From: Candidatus Latescibacterota bacterium | GTDB taxonomy: Bacteria; Latescibacterota; UBA2968 | Assembly (NCBI GenBank): GCA_965207885.1 | Contig: OZ242311.1 | Coordinates: 288,001-352,000, forward strand | Direction: 5' to 3' | DNA length: 64,000 nucleotides | In this document: piece after piece, positions 9,825 through 19,281 of the stretch | Position numbering within the stretch: the first letter of the stretch is position 1 | Layout: the number at the start of each line of letters is the position of its first letter | The notes under the pieces: generated by a model | Databases searched by the model: none | The model's input: the letters and a program-made list of their open reading frames with translations, nothing else | Told to the model about the DNA's origin: nothing | Made by a program: the position numbers and the translations under genes

Positions 9825-11777
9825 ATGGCAATTCGCGAACAACAAACACAGACAGCACCACTTCAACGAGCCGTAACCGCACGGTCCATTGTGATAGGTG
9901 CCATGTGCGCGGGCTTCCTGGGGTGGGGTGGGCATTTTACGCGACACATTGCACACACGACAAAAATGGCGCAGGACCATTTGCCGTGGGGCGCAGTAGT
10001 GCCGTTTTTGTTGATCGCAGTAATATTGAATAAAATCCTGGAAAAGGTGCGCCCGCAATGGGTCTTGCGCCCTTCGGAATTGCTGGTCATCTTCAGCATG
10101 GGCCTGGTCGCATCGGCATTGCCCAGCTATTTCATGGGACATTTAATCGCCAACGTATCAGCGCCATTTTACTTTGCCAACACGGAAAACCGATGGGCAG
10201 ACGACATACATCCGTACTTAGCTGAATGGGCGGTCGTAACCGACAGGACAGCTGCGCGGTGGTTTTTTGAAGGACTGCCAGCCGGCGCAACAATCCCCTG
10301 GGAAATCTGGATAACGCCGATGATCTGGCGATTGAGTCTGGTATTTATGATCGGCGTATTTGGATTTTGCGCGGTCTCAATCCTGCGCAAGCAATGGGTA
10401 GAACACGAACGCCTCACCTTTCCATTGATGACATTGCCACTGGAACTCGTCAACAGAGAACCGCGTGGATTCTGGCCCGTAGGCATAATGAATCGCCCCG
10501 TGTTCTGGTGGGGATTCGCGCTCGCCTCATTTCCCATATACTGGAACATGGTTGGCTATTTCCAGCCGCTTTTTCCAACCATTCCCTACTATCTGGGATT
10601 GATGGAATTTGGTCAGTATTCCCCACCGATTCACATGCGGTTTTATCCAGTAATCATCGGCGTATCGTATTTTATGGACCTGGATGTATTGTTTAGCATT
10701 ATTGCCTTTCACCTGTTATTGACCCTTGAAATGGGATTGTTCAACCGCCTGGGTATCGAGATAGGACCGACCCATGTGTGGCCGGCATCACAATTTGAAA
10801 ACTGGCAGGGATTTGGTGCACTATGCGTGCTGGTGCCGTGGAGTTTGTGGATGGCGCGAGAACATTTGAGCAACGTATTTCGCAAAGCCGTACTCAATGC
10901 ACGGGAGGTTGAAGACTCCGGAGAATTATTGTCCTACCGCGCAGCACTTGGCGGACTGCTGGCGAGCGGACTATTTATTTTGAGCTGGTGCGTAGCCTCC
11001 GGCATGTCGATCTTTGTCGCCCTGACTTTTTTGAGCCTTGTCGGCATTATCTGGTTGGGCATCACGCGCGTCTGCGTGGAAGGCGGCATGATCAGCAGCC
11101 GCATGATACAGGGACAATTTGTCGCATATCACCTGCTCGGTCCCGTGAATATTTCCCCATCGGGAATGGCGGCATTTGCCCTCACAGAAACATGGCACCA
11201 CGATATCAAAACCATATTGATGGCCAACCTGGCCAATGCCACGCGGCTTTACGACAGCATCCGACACGAGAGAACGCGCCTGGTCATCGCCCTGGGACTG
11301 GCCATGCTCATAGTGATAACCACGAGTGCGTATTATCAAATATCATCGAGCTATGTAACCGGCGCATTTAATTACGGCGGCATTTACGGTCCCTATGTGC
11401 AGAACACTTTTGATACCATAGCCGGTCATATTCGGGACCCCTTTGCCCTGAAGCGCGAGCGCGTGCTCATCGCGCTCATTGGAATGGCAACCACGGCATT
11501 GATGCTATCCTTGCGCTATATATGGCCCTGGTGGCCCTTGCATCCGATCGGATTTGCCGCCGTAACAGCGTATCCCGTCAACCGCATTGTATTCTCGATC
11601 TTCTTTGCATGGTTTTCCAAATTTGTCATATTGCGGGCGGGCGGCATTGATCTATACCGCAAAGCATCGCCGTTTTTCCTGGGACTTATGGTGGGGTATT
11701 TCACGGGCGTATTTGTGTCATTTCTGGTAGATTGTATATGGTTCCCAGAGCAAGGACATTCGCTGGCATTGTATTAG
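9825..11777 (+). CDS. DUF6785/DUF6784-type polytopic membrane protein, copy 2
   Basis: Clear paralog of 5977..7923 (HTTKMAQDHL, ELLVIFSMG, LRKQWVEHERL, WWPLHPIG); start MAIREQ after GGAG. Confidence 0.8.
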   Translation: MAIREQQTQTAPLQRAVTARSIVIGAMCAGFLGWGGHFTRHIAHTTKMAQDHLPWGAVVPFLLIAVILNKILEKVRPQWVLRPSELLVIFSMGLVASALPSYFMGHLIANVSAPFYFANTENRWADDIHPYLAEWAVVTDRTAARWFFEGLPAGATIPWEIWITPMIWRLSLVFMIGVFGFCAVSILRKQWVEHERLTFPLMTLPLELVNREPRGFWPVGIMNRPVFWWGFALASFPIYWNMVGYFQPLFPTIPYYLGLMEFGQYSPPIHMRFYPVIIGVSYFMDLDVLFSIIAFHLLLTLEMGLFNRLGIEIGPTHVWPASQFENWQGFGALCVLVPWSLWMAREHLSNVFRKAVLNAREVEDSGELLSYRAALGGLLASGLFILSWCVASGMSIFVALTFLSLVGIIWLGITRVCVEGGMISSRMIQGQFVAYHLLGPVNISPSGMAAFALTETWHHDIKTILMANLANATRLYDSIRHERTRLVIALGLAMLIVITTSAYYQISSSYVTGAFNYGGIYGPYVQNTFDTIAGHIRDPFALKRERVLIALIGMATTALMLSLRYIWPWWPLHPIGFAAVTAYPVNRIVFSIFFAWFSKFVILRAGGIDLYRKASPFFLGLMVGYFTGVFVSFLVDCIWFPEQGHSLALY

Positions 11778-11787
11778 AGGCTACGCC

Positions 11788-14376
11788 ATGTATAACGGCA
11801 AAAGAAAAGTTCGCTCCATCTGTAAACGCATCTTTATCGCGTGTGCATTTGCCATGATATGTGTGCCTGTCTGGGCAGATCGCCTGCAGGAAAGCTTCGA
11901 TGCACGGGCAGATTCGCTCGCTGCGGTTATAGTCGCAGAACGCGCCGGACCAGACAGCGCAGCCGTATATCGGGCATTGCAGCGAGAGGAGAAAGCGCAA
12001 TTTTTAATCGGCTTCTGGCAACGACACAATCCCGTAGTACTGGATTTTTATTACGGGTATCAAAGCGGGCGTCGCTACCTGACGGTATCAGACGCTTTTT
12101 TTGAACGCGGTCGATTGATACCCCAGCGCTATAAAACGCGCGCCACACCACCAGATACCGCCCTGCTCGACGACGCTGTTGCACTATTTGAACGGATGCT
12201 ACAGGACGATGCCAACGACCGCCTCGCCTTGTGCGCGCTGGGATATTGTTTGTTAGAGCAACACAAAGGCGTAGAAGCAGAACGCATTTTTGTGCGCGTA
12301 CTGGAAAAAGACCGGCGGTTTCTCATCGCGCGACACGGGCGGGCATTGGCGTGCTTGATCCAGAAAAAACAGGTGCGTCGTGCACTGGACCTTTTCCAGG
12401 ACACTGTATCTCTCGATTCGAAATACGAGGCGGCGTATTACAATTTGGCGATGTGTCACCTGGCGATGCGCAGCGTGGATATGGACCATCATTTTAGCAA
12501 CGTGGTCAAGCGGTTTCCCCAACACCGCGATGCGTATTTCAAGCTGGGAGTATTTTACGAATCGCTCTATTATTTCGAAAAAGCCGTCAAAGCATTGTCA
12601 AAGCAGGTCGCAGTAAATCCAGCGCACAGCGTGGCAAGGGGCAGACTGGCGCGCGTGGCTATGGAATTGAAGTATTTAAAACAAGAACTGCACACAACCA
12701 CAGAACTGCGCGACCTCGCCCAAAAAGACCCCGAGCGTTATCTGCCGCTTTTGGGCGCACAATATCTGGAATCGGGCGCGTACGAACAGGCAGAAGCGTC
12801 ATTTTCGCAATTTTTATCCATCATACCGCAAAATGAACGCCTCCTGTACGAAGATGTCACCTTGCTCCTGTCCGCAACAGAATTTGAGACCTTTCGCATG
12901 ATCAGGGGAGATGAAAAACGCGCATTTACCAATTTGTTCTGGCGCAAGATAGACCCAACGCCGACCACACCGGTTAACGAGCGAAGATTGGAACACTACC
13001 GGCGCGTGAATTACGCGATTCAGAACTTTTCCGAAGGTCGAATACCCTGGGATGCGCGCGGCGATGTGTATATCCGTTTTGGTCATCCAGATCATCGGAG
13101 CTGGTCCGATCACCTCGTATTCGAAACCAATGCAAAAGTAATTCGGGTAAAAAACCGGCTCATGGACCTCGCGGGACGAGCACTGCACGAAATCGCTCCG
13201 ACGACATCGCTGCAGATAGAATCGTCGTTGGGCGCAAGCACAGTAATGAAGGTGACACCCGAAGTTCGAGGACTGCCGATATTTCCCCTGCCTCACCAGG
13301 GCGCATTGTTTCGAGATGGCGCATCTTTAAACTACAAGTGGGAGTCCTGGATTTACGCCCATATTGGCGAAGGAATCGAAGTGACATTTCTCGACGCCCT
13401 GGGCAATTTTGATTTTCAATTTCCCCAGCCGCCTGTTGACTCGCCCAATCGATTGCTGTGGCTACACCTCGCACCCGAAGCTGTGGTCGCACGGGTCGTC
13501 AACCGCACGCCCTCTGTTTACCGCTATCCATATCCCGGAGACCCAATGCCGCTGCTTATGTCCGTAGCGGATTTCAAAGGCAATGAACGCGATACGCGCC
13601 TGGATGCCTTTATCGGCACACCCTGGACCGCATTGAAAACGCAAAAACGGGGCACACAGATAGAGGCTTCTGTGAAGCGAATGTGGGTCCTCTATGACGC
13701 ACAGGGAATAGAAATTGCCCGCGATAGCCTGAATACGCGGGCAACACAGCGCGAAGCCGTTGACGATCCCGGCGTTTTATGGGTAGATCAGGTCACAACA
13801 GAAGTTAAACCCGGCCACTATCTCATGGCTGTGCGAGTGACCGATCCGGCTTCGGGGAAATTGCAAATTCACCGGCAACTCGTCGATGTAGAAGCATACA
13901 ATGCTCCGACCCTGATGGTAAGCGACATTGTCGTAGCGGGAAAAATTGCAACATTGGAAGCCCGTGCAGAGGGCAAATTCATCCGAGACGACCTCGAAGT
14001 ATTCCCCCTGCCGTCACACACTTTTGCCCCAGACCAGCCCGTCTATCTGTACTACGAAGTGTATAACCTCTTCCGAGACGACACGGGACAAACGCATTAT
14101 CGCGTGGATTATGCTGTGCGCGGCAGCAAAAATGCCGGTGCCCGACTGCTAAAAGGCATCGGCACATTGCTGGGCATATCTGAAAAGCAAGAAGGCGTTC
14201 AGGTATCTTATGAACACCGGGGCAATACGGAAACAGAACCCGTATATGTTGCCCTCAACGTAGCGGCAAAACCCGGACAAAAACTCACGATAGGTGTAAC
14301 CGTAACCGACCTGAACCGACCCGGCAGACCAACAGCGACAAAAGATGTTTGGGTAGAGATAGGAAGTAAAAAGTGA
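11788..14376 (+). CDS. Exported GWxTD-domain protein with TPR repeats
   Basis: Signal peptide, TPRs, FW..IDPTPTTPVNER..EHYRRV.YA...F and W D.RG.VYIRFG.PD, C-terminal beta domains (YLYYEVYNL). Confidence 0.85.
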   Translation: MYNGKRKVRSICKRIFIACAFAMICVPVWADRLQESFDARADSLAAVIVAERAGPDSAAVYRALQREEKAQFLIGFWQRHNPVVLDFYYGYQSGRRYLTVSDAFFERGRLIPQRYKTRATPPDTALLDDAVALFERMLQDDANDRLALCALGYCLLEQHKGVEAERIFVRVLEKDRRFLIARHGRALACLIQKKQVRRALDLFQDTVSLDSKYEAAYYNLAMCHLAMRSVDMDHHFSNVVKRFPQHRDAYFKLGVFYESLYYFEKAVKALSKQVAVNPAHSVARGRLARVAMELKYLKQELHTTTELRDLAQKDPERYLPLLGAQYLESGAYEQAEASFSQFLSIIPQNERLLYEDVTLLLSATEFETFRMIRGDEKRAFTNLFWRKIDPTPTTPVNERRLEHYRRVNYAIQNFSEGRIPWDARGDVYIRFGHPDHRSWSDHLVFETNAKVIRVKNRLMDLAGRALHEIAPTTSLQIESSLGASTVMKVTPEVRGLPIFPLPHQGALFRDGASLNYKWESWIYAHIGEGIEVTFLDALGNFDFQFPQPPVDSPNRLLWLHLAPEAVVARVVNRTPSVYRYPYPGDPMPLLMSVADFKGNERDTRLDAFIGTPWTALKTQKRGTQIEASVKRMWVLYDAQGIEIARDSLNTRATQREAVDDPGVLWVDQVTTEVKPGHYLMAVRVTDPASGKLQIHRQLVDVEAYNAPTLMVSDIVVAGKIATLEARAEGKFIRDDLEVFPLPSHTFAPDQPVYLYYEVYNLFRDDTGQTHYRVDYAVRGSKNAGARLLKGIGTLLGISEKQEGVQVSYEHRGNTETEPVYVALNVAAKPGQKLTIGVTVTDLNRPGRPTATKDVWVEIGSKK

Positions 14377-14435
14377 GAAGTCCACCCCACACCGCCTCAG
14401 AGCGGGAGCCTCATCCGCCTTCACACTTCACATTC

Positions 14436-15671
14436 TCACTTCACACTTCCCACTTCCAGACAAACCATCTCATTGTGATTTCGAAGATAAAGCCTGCCAT
14501 TAGATAGTGTGGGTGGCGTCCAGCACCGCGCAGACAAAACCTGAGCACTGGCTCTTTCTATGTACGCTTCTGGCTTGGCCTCTACGAGCGCCAGCTTGCC
14601 CTGTTCGCCCAGGACGATCAGATGGCCATCCGCAAAGATGAGTGATCCCTTTTGAAAGCCGCGTTTGCGCCATTGCTCCTGCCCGGTATCTGCGGCAATA
14701 CACTTGAGAATGGCGTTGTCAAAGCCATAGAGGTACCCCTCGTGATGTATGGAAGAGGCAAAGTGGTTTTTCATACTGCGATTGAACCATACTCTTTTTA
14801 CCGAAAACTGACCGTTCTGGGAAATAAGCTGGATAACCGTCGCGCCTTTGCCATAACCCGAAGAGATAAAAAGTCTATCTGGGGGGAGAAAAATAGGCGT
14901 CGCAGCATTGACATCGGGACCCGTTTGCCAGGAATGCCGCCACAGGAATCGACCATCTCTGGCAGCGACACCGACCAGACCAGAGACCGGAAAAAAGACG
15001 ATTTGCCGGACGTCAGACACAGTAATCGCAATAGGCGAAGCATAAGAAGGAGCGTCATCTTGAGAAGCCCAGGCAACCTCGCCAGTGGTTTTATCAAAAG
15101 CAATAAAAGCGTTTCCAGAAGAACCTCCAACCTCGACAATCAGCAAATTGCCTTCTATCAAAGGAGAAGTAGAAAAGCCCCAATGGGGGGGATCACTTAT
15201 AAATTCAGTTTGAAAATGGTGAGACCATACAGTTTCTCCGCTTTTAATATCGAGGGCATAAAGCTGTCCGTATGCACCTAAAAAGAACGCCCGTTCTTTG
15301 TCAATAATGGGCGTAGCTCTGGGACCATTCCCCCCTTGCCAGTCTGGAAAATTGCGTCCCGTCTTAACTCGCCAGCGCTCTTCCCCTGTAGCGGCATCCA
15401 TACATACCGCATACTCATCTTTGCCCTCTGCAAACATAGTATAGGCTGCGCCCCCTGCAACGGCAATGCTCGAGAACCCCTCGCCCAGTGGTGTTCGCCA
15501 GAGAACAACAGGCCCGGAATCAGGCCAATCTTTGAGAACGCCTTTCTCAGAGGAAACACCATCGCGATTGGGACCAAACCACTGCGGCCAGTCCGCAGCA
15601 AGACCACTATCCGTCAGGACAACAGAGCCTGAAAACATAATCATCGAAAAGGTGATTATGAGGATACGCAT
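14436..15671 (-). CDS. PQQ-binding-like beta-propeller protein (BamB-like)
   Basis: ADWPQWFGPNRDG, repeated D..TG...W blades, CWTPP..SNGRLYLRN; start after GGAG RBS. Confidence 0.88.
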   Translation of the reverse strand: MRILIITFSMIMFSGSVVLTDSGLAADWPQWFGPNRDGVSSEKGVLKDWPDSGPVVLWRTPLGEGFSSIAVAGGAAYTMFAEGKDEYAVCMDAATGEERWRVKTGRNFPDWQGGNGPRATPIIDKERAFFLGAYGQLYALDIKSGETVWSHHFQTEFISDPPHWGFSTSPLIEGNLLIVEVGGSSGNAFIAFDKTTGEVAWASQDDAPSYASPIAITVSDVRQIVFFPVSGLVGVAARDGRFLWRHSWQTGPDVNAATPIFLPPDRLFISSGYGKGATVIQLISQNGQFSVKRVWFNRSMKNHFASSIHHEGYLYGFDNAILKCIAADTGQEQWRKRGFQKGSLIFADGHLIVLGEQGKLALVEAKPEAYIERASAQVLSARCWTPPTLSNGRLYLRNHNEMVCLEVGSVK

Positions 15672-15954
15672 GGAAACTCCTCCGTGTAAGAATCTATTTA
15701 CAGGCATAGCAAAGCGATAACGGGCCTACCGTTAATCCTTTCTTACCACTAACACTCTGTAAAACAACATCTTTCCAAACATTCTGTCAAGGGCTATTCC
15801 GTGTTTTGTTTTCTATTTTTGTCAAACGTTAAGATAAAAATGTTCTTGCACGACTTCCTATAACTGCATAACATGGCACGCTCGTCCTCGACGCATTTGT
15901 GTCGTGTGGTGCTGCGTGCCATTCTTTAGTACTAATGCTATTGGAAACCCTGCT

Positions 15955-16542
15955 ATGAACAATGTATGGGAAATACCCGAGCCACTTTCGACATGCGAAG
16001 TCCAGCTCGACGACAATACCGTCACCATTCTGCGCCGACATGGAAATCCCACAGGACCCCGCCTCGTTCTGGGCCATGGCAATGGTCTCGCAATGGACCT
16101 TTATTACCCCTTCTGGTCACTGCTCGCCGAGGATTTCGACCTCATCATCTTCGACCTCAGAAACCACGGCTGGAATACCGTTGGCCCACGCGCAAATCAC
16201 AATGTTCCAACGCTGGTCCGCGACCATCTCTGCATTTTTGAAGCCATTGACCGTCACTACGGAAACAAACCAAAAATCGGTATATTTCACTCTGCTTCCG
16301 CACTGATAACACTCCTATCACTAACGACTATGGCAGACCTCGGGCCATCTGCCCAAAGCAGCCACTTATCCGCGATGATACTATTCGATCCCCCCCTGTG
16401 CAAGCCCGGCAATAGCCAGATAGAATTTGATGAAGCCGCCGAATACGCAGCCGACGTTACCCGCCGACGCGGGTATCTGTTCCAAACAGAAGAGGATTTT
16501 GCAGAACTCCTCAGCTTTCTCCCCGGTAGTGTCTCAGTTTGA
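15955..16542 (+). pseudogene. Alpha/beta hydrolase truncated by IS1-family element
   Basis: HGNG, DLRNHG, FHS nucleophile; frame runs into the IS terminal repeat at 16525 and stops. Confidence 0.8.
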
Positions 16543-16553
16543 AAATTTGCGGT
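16525..16553 (+). repeat. Left terminal inverted repeat of IS1-family element
   Basis: GGTAGTGTCTCAGTTTGAAAATTTGCGGT. Confidence 0.9.
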
Positions 16554-16658
16554 TTTCTGTTGACAGGGGTACGGTGCGTACTTTATTATTCAACTTAACC
16601 CGCAGATTTCGTTCGTTCACAAGAGAAATACATTCAGGATTCAGGAGGGCAACCGACT

Positions 16659-16874
16659 ATGCCAAAGGGACCAAACGGAGAAAAGCGCCCTGGCGATGTC
16701 GTATCTTGTGCTGTAACAGTAGCACGTATTGCAACCGGTGAAATAGAAGATACGAAATACAAACAGCCAGGCAAACGAAAAGGAGGGGTCGCAGGTGGGC
16801 GTGCCCGTGCAAAAGCACTCTCGCCAAAGCGACGCAAAGAAATAGCGAAAAAAGCTGCCGCCGCAAGGTGGTAG
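16659..16874 (+). CDS. Small basic protein typical of IS1/IS1595 cargo (often annotated RNA-binding or histone-like)
   Basis: MPKGP.GEKRP.D..IATGE...GG..GG.ARA..L...R.EIA.KAAAARW; GGAGG RBS; TTGACA-18-TATTAT promoter at 16560. Confidence 0.85.
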   Translation: MPKGPNGEKRPGDVVSCAVTVARIATGEIEDTKYKQPGKRKGGVAGGRARAKALSPKRRKEIAKKAAAARW

Positions 16875-16891
16875 CTATCAGAGCAAGGAAT

Positions 16892-16922
16892 AAGCCGAGG
16901 TCTATACGATCTCGGCTTTTTT
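16892..16922 (+). terminator. Rho-independent terminator
   Basis: AAGCCGAGGTC-TATAC-GATCTCGGCTT followed by T-run. Confidence 0.8.
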
Positions 16923-16979
16923 GTTTTCAAAAACCACTCTATCCTTGACAATGGCTTTTTGCAGTGGTACATTTCTTAT

Positions 16980-17125
16980 GCTTCAGATTAGTCACACTCA
17001 GTAGAGGCCCCGCTTGGTCGGGTAGCCTGCTGAATAGAATAGCCAAATTGTGGAGCGGATTAGCTACCCGTCCCCGGTGAATAGGTAGGGCCCTCCTCGC
17101 ATCTCTCTGCGTGAGTGTGACTACT
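16980..17125 (+). ncRNA. Candidate rod-like structured ncRNA within IS1 cargo
   Basis: TTGACA-17-TACATT promoter (16945-73); perfect 12-bp closing stem TAGTCACACTCA/TGAGTGTGACTA; inner stem CGGGTAGC/GCTACCCG. Confidence 0.5.
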
Positions 17126-17164
17126 ACCCGGCATCCTTGCGCAATCTTTTCCACACACATTCAT

Positions 17165-17272
17165 ACACAAAAAAGAGCCGGAAGACTCTGGCGGAGCCTC
17201 CCGGCAAAGGCAGACACGCGAACCACCCGTTGAAAGTTTATCGCTGCATCCACCTGATTCGTAAATGAGTGG
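17165..17272 (-). ncRNA. Candidate ~105-nt sRNA within IS1 cargo
   Basis: Minus-strand TTGACA-17-TACTTT (17306-17278); ATCCAC/GTGGAT hairpin; terminator GCCGGGAGGCTC-CGCCA-GAGTCTTCCGGC-TCTTTTTT. Confidence 0.45.
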
Positions 17273-17353
17273 ATTTCAAAGTAAGTAAAAACCTGCTTTG
17301 TGTCAATTCTGTTACAGGTGGATGTGGCGACTCACCACACAGAGGAGGTTTAA

Positions 17354-17986
17354 ATGTATAGGTTCATTCTTGCTGTTTTGTCGGTACTTGTGTACTCTGC
17401 TGGCTCGCCAATGCTCGCTACTGAGCGGCCTTATTTACGGACTGATAGCGGCCAAGCCCGTCAGTTGCGCTATTCGGAGATCTATGCAACGGCCTGGTAC
17501 GGAACAGAGGGCACCATTAACCTTCATATAATAATGTCATGGACTCCTAGCAATTCCATGACCTTCGTGAAATGGTTAGTAGTCAACGATACGGCTCGGG
17601 ATCTGTATTCTGTGACCATTGGAGACAGGGAGTACGAGTGTTCTAATGGAAATGTGATAACCGTCAAGGGGAATTGGTGGACTGATCCCTTGGAGGGCAG
17701 AAGGGTAGATGACACCGTGGTCATTGGAGGCAGGGAGTACGAATTGCCGCGGGGGTGGATGCGGCGTGTTGGTGGGACCAACCCCGACATCATACTCCAC
17801 AAGAAGTCTCCGCGCGGCCAGAAGGAGTGTCCGCGCATCACAAGCATCCGCCTGAAGGGAGACCCTAAATCTCTTGTTAAATACCTCATCAACAAAGGTG
17901 ACAAAGATGTGCATGGCTGGGGAGAGGGCGGGCGAGTTGAGGTTTACCGGAAGGTATCCCGTCGCTGGAAATTGGAGATTAAATAG
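17354..17986 (+). CDS. Hypothetical exported protein (IS cargo)
   Basis: GGAGG RBS, N-terminal signal peptide; internal repeat V.IG.REYE twice. Confidence 0.75.
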   Translation: MYRFILAVLSVLVYSAGSPMLATERPYLRTDSGQARQLRYSEIYATAWYGTEGTINLHIIMSWTPSNSMTFVKWLVVNDTARDLYSVTIGDREYECSNGNVITVKGNWWTDPLEGRRVDDTVVIGGREYELPRGWMRRVGGTNPDIILHKKSPRGQKECPRITSIRLKGDPKSLVKYLINKGDKDVHGWGEGGRVEVYRKVSRRWKLEIK

Positions 17987-18004
17987 GCCACATAGCTTTA
18001 GTCG

Positions 18005-18190
18005 CTATCGCGGGATCTGATAATCCTCAATGACCGTGATTTCCTCCAAGGTGACGCCTGGTGCTGGTCTGATGGTTTTTACCAATATCTGACGCTTCTT
18101 CTGCTGTTCGGCCCGATTCTGCCTTTCAGGGCAGATTCTGGTGCATAGCACATAATAGCCAAGATACGGGCATTGCTGACACTTTACCAT
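18005..18190 (-). CDS. Small Cys-rich hypothetical protein (IS cargo)
   Basis: GAGGAG RBS; CxxC..C...C; upstream minus promoter TTGACA-17-TAATAT (18378-18350). Confidence 0.55.
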   Translation of the reverse strand: MVKCQQCPYLGYYVLCTRICPERQNRAEQQKKRQILVKTIRPAPGVTLEEITVIEDYQIPR

Positions 18191-18250
18191 GACAGAGGTC
18201 TCCTCTAACTAAAGACTTGACCTCAGTACACAAATTTAGTATAATCTAAG

Positions 18251-18301
18251 TGTCTGGTGCCAAGGCATTCTTTTGGGGCGTGCTCATAACACGCCCTTTT
18301 C
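18251..18301 (+). ncRNA. Candidate ~50-nt cis-antisense RNA
   Basis: TTGACC-17-TATAAT (18217-45) then GGGCGTG-CTCATAA-CACGCCC-TTTT terminator; antisense to the leader of the 61-aa gene. Confidence 0.4.
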
Positions 18302-18441
18302 CTTGCCCACCTCATTTTCGGCAGGCTCGTTGCGCTCTGCAACTATTCAATATTAACCGTTTTTCCCCACCCTGTCAACCATTCCCACTTAGTTTGACAT
18401 AAATGCTTGACAAACAGCACCTTAATCGCTAAATTTAAGGT

Positions 18442-19281
18442 ATGAATAAGTTAAGCAAAAACAAGCGGATACAGATACTTGCGATGTTGTGTGAGGGCAT
18501 GTCGATGCGGTCGGTAAGCCGTGTTGTCGGGTGTTCTATCAACTCCGTATTGAAGTTGTTGGTAGATGCAGGACAGGTGTGTGCGTTTTACCATGATGAG
18601 CATGTGCGCGGTATAGAAGCAGCCCATATCCAGTGTGATGAGATATGGGCTTTTTGTTATTGTAAGCAGAAAACGGTAGAAAACGGGAATGTGGATCAAT
18701 ACGGTGCGGGTGATGTGTGGACGTGGACGGCATTAGAGCGAGACACAAAGTTGATCATTGCCTATGAGGTCGGAGATCGGTCTGCTGTGACCGCAATGGA
18801 GTTTATATCGAATCTCCGTGCGAGATTGGTGACCCGGGTACAATTGACGACGGATGGCCTGAGGGCGTATCTCGAAGCGGTCGAGGGCGCGTTTGGTGAT
18901 GATATAGACTTTGCCCAATTGGTGAAGATTTACGATACTGAGACGAACCAGTTGAAACGTGTGGTGATTGGAAACCCTGTTGAGAGCGATATTTCAACAT
19001 CCCACGTTGAGCGTCAGAATCTCAATATGCGAATGGGGATGCGCCGGTTTACGCGACTGACGAATGCGTTTTCAAAGAAGTTGGAAAACCACATTCACAT
19101 GCTGAGTCTCTACTTTCTGTATTACAATTTCGTGCGGATGCATTTGACGTTGGAGACAACGCCAGCAGTCGCGGCAGGGTTGGCAGACGAAGCCTACACA
19201 ATGGGCTGGATCGTTGACCTGGTGGATGCTCACGCACCCAAACCCAATCGACCAAAAACGTACCGCAAAATTTCAAACTGA
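18442..19281 (+). CDS. IS1-family transposase (HTH + DDE)
   Basis: EG.SMRSVSR, QCDEIW.F, W.W.A.E.DTKL, TTDG..AY, VER.NL.MR...RRF.R.T..FSKK; stop lies inside the right IR. Confidence 0.92.
   Translation: MNKLSKNKRIQILAMLCEGMSMRSVSRVVGCSINSVLKLLVDAGQVCAFYHDEHVRGIEAAHIQCDEIWAFCYCKQKTVENGNVDQYGAGDVWTWTALERDTKLIIAYEVGDRSAVTAMEFISNLRARLVTRVQLTTDGLRAYLEAVEGAFGDDIDFAQLVKIYDTETNQLKRVVIGNPVESDISTSHVERQNLNMRMGMRRFTRLTNAFSKKLENHIHMLSLYFLYYNFVRMHLTLETTPAVAAGLADEAYTMGWIVDLVDAHAPKPNRPKTYRKISN

Noticed and set aside
15870-15925. Hairpin ATGGCACGC/GCGTGCCAT upstream of the hydrolase
   Set aside because: Single stem with no recognisable riboswitch features.
16989-17123. Retron msr-msd (12-bp a1/a2-like repeat)
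   Set aside because: No reverse transcriptase in the element or window.
16939-17160. 73-aa minus-strand ORF
   Set aside because: No RBS; starts directly after a terminator and overlaps a promoter and a structured RNA on the other strand.
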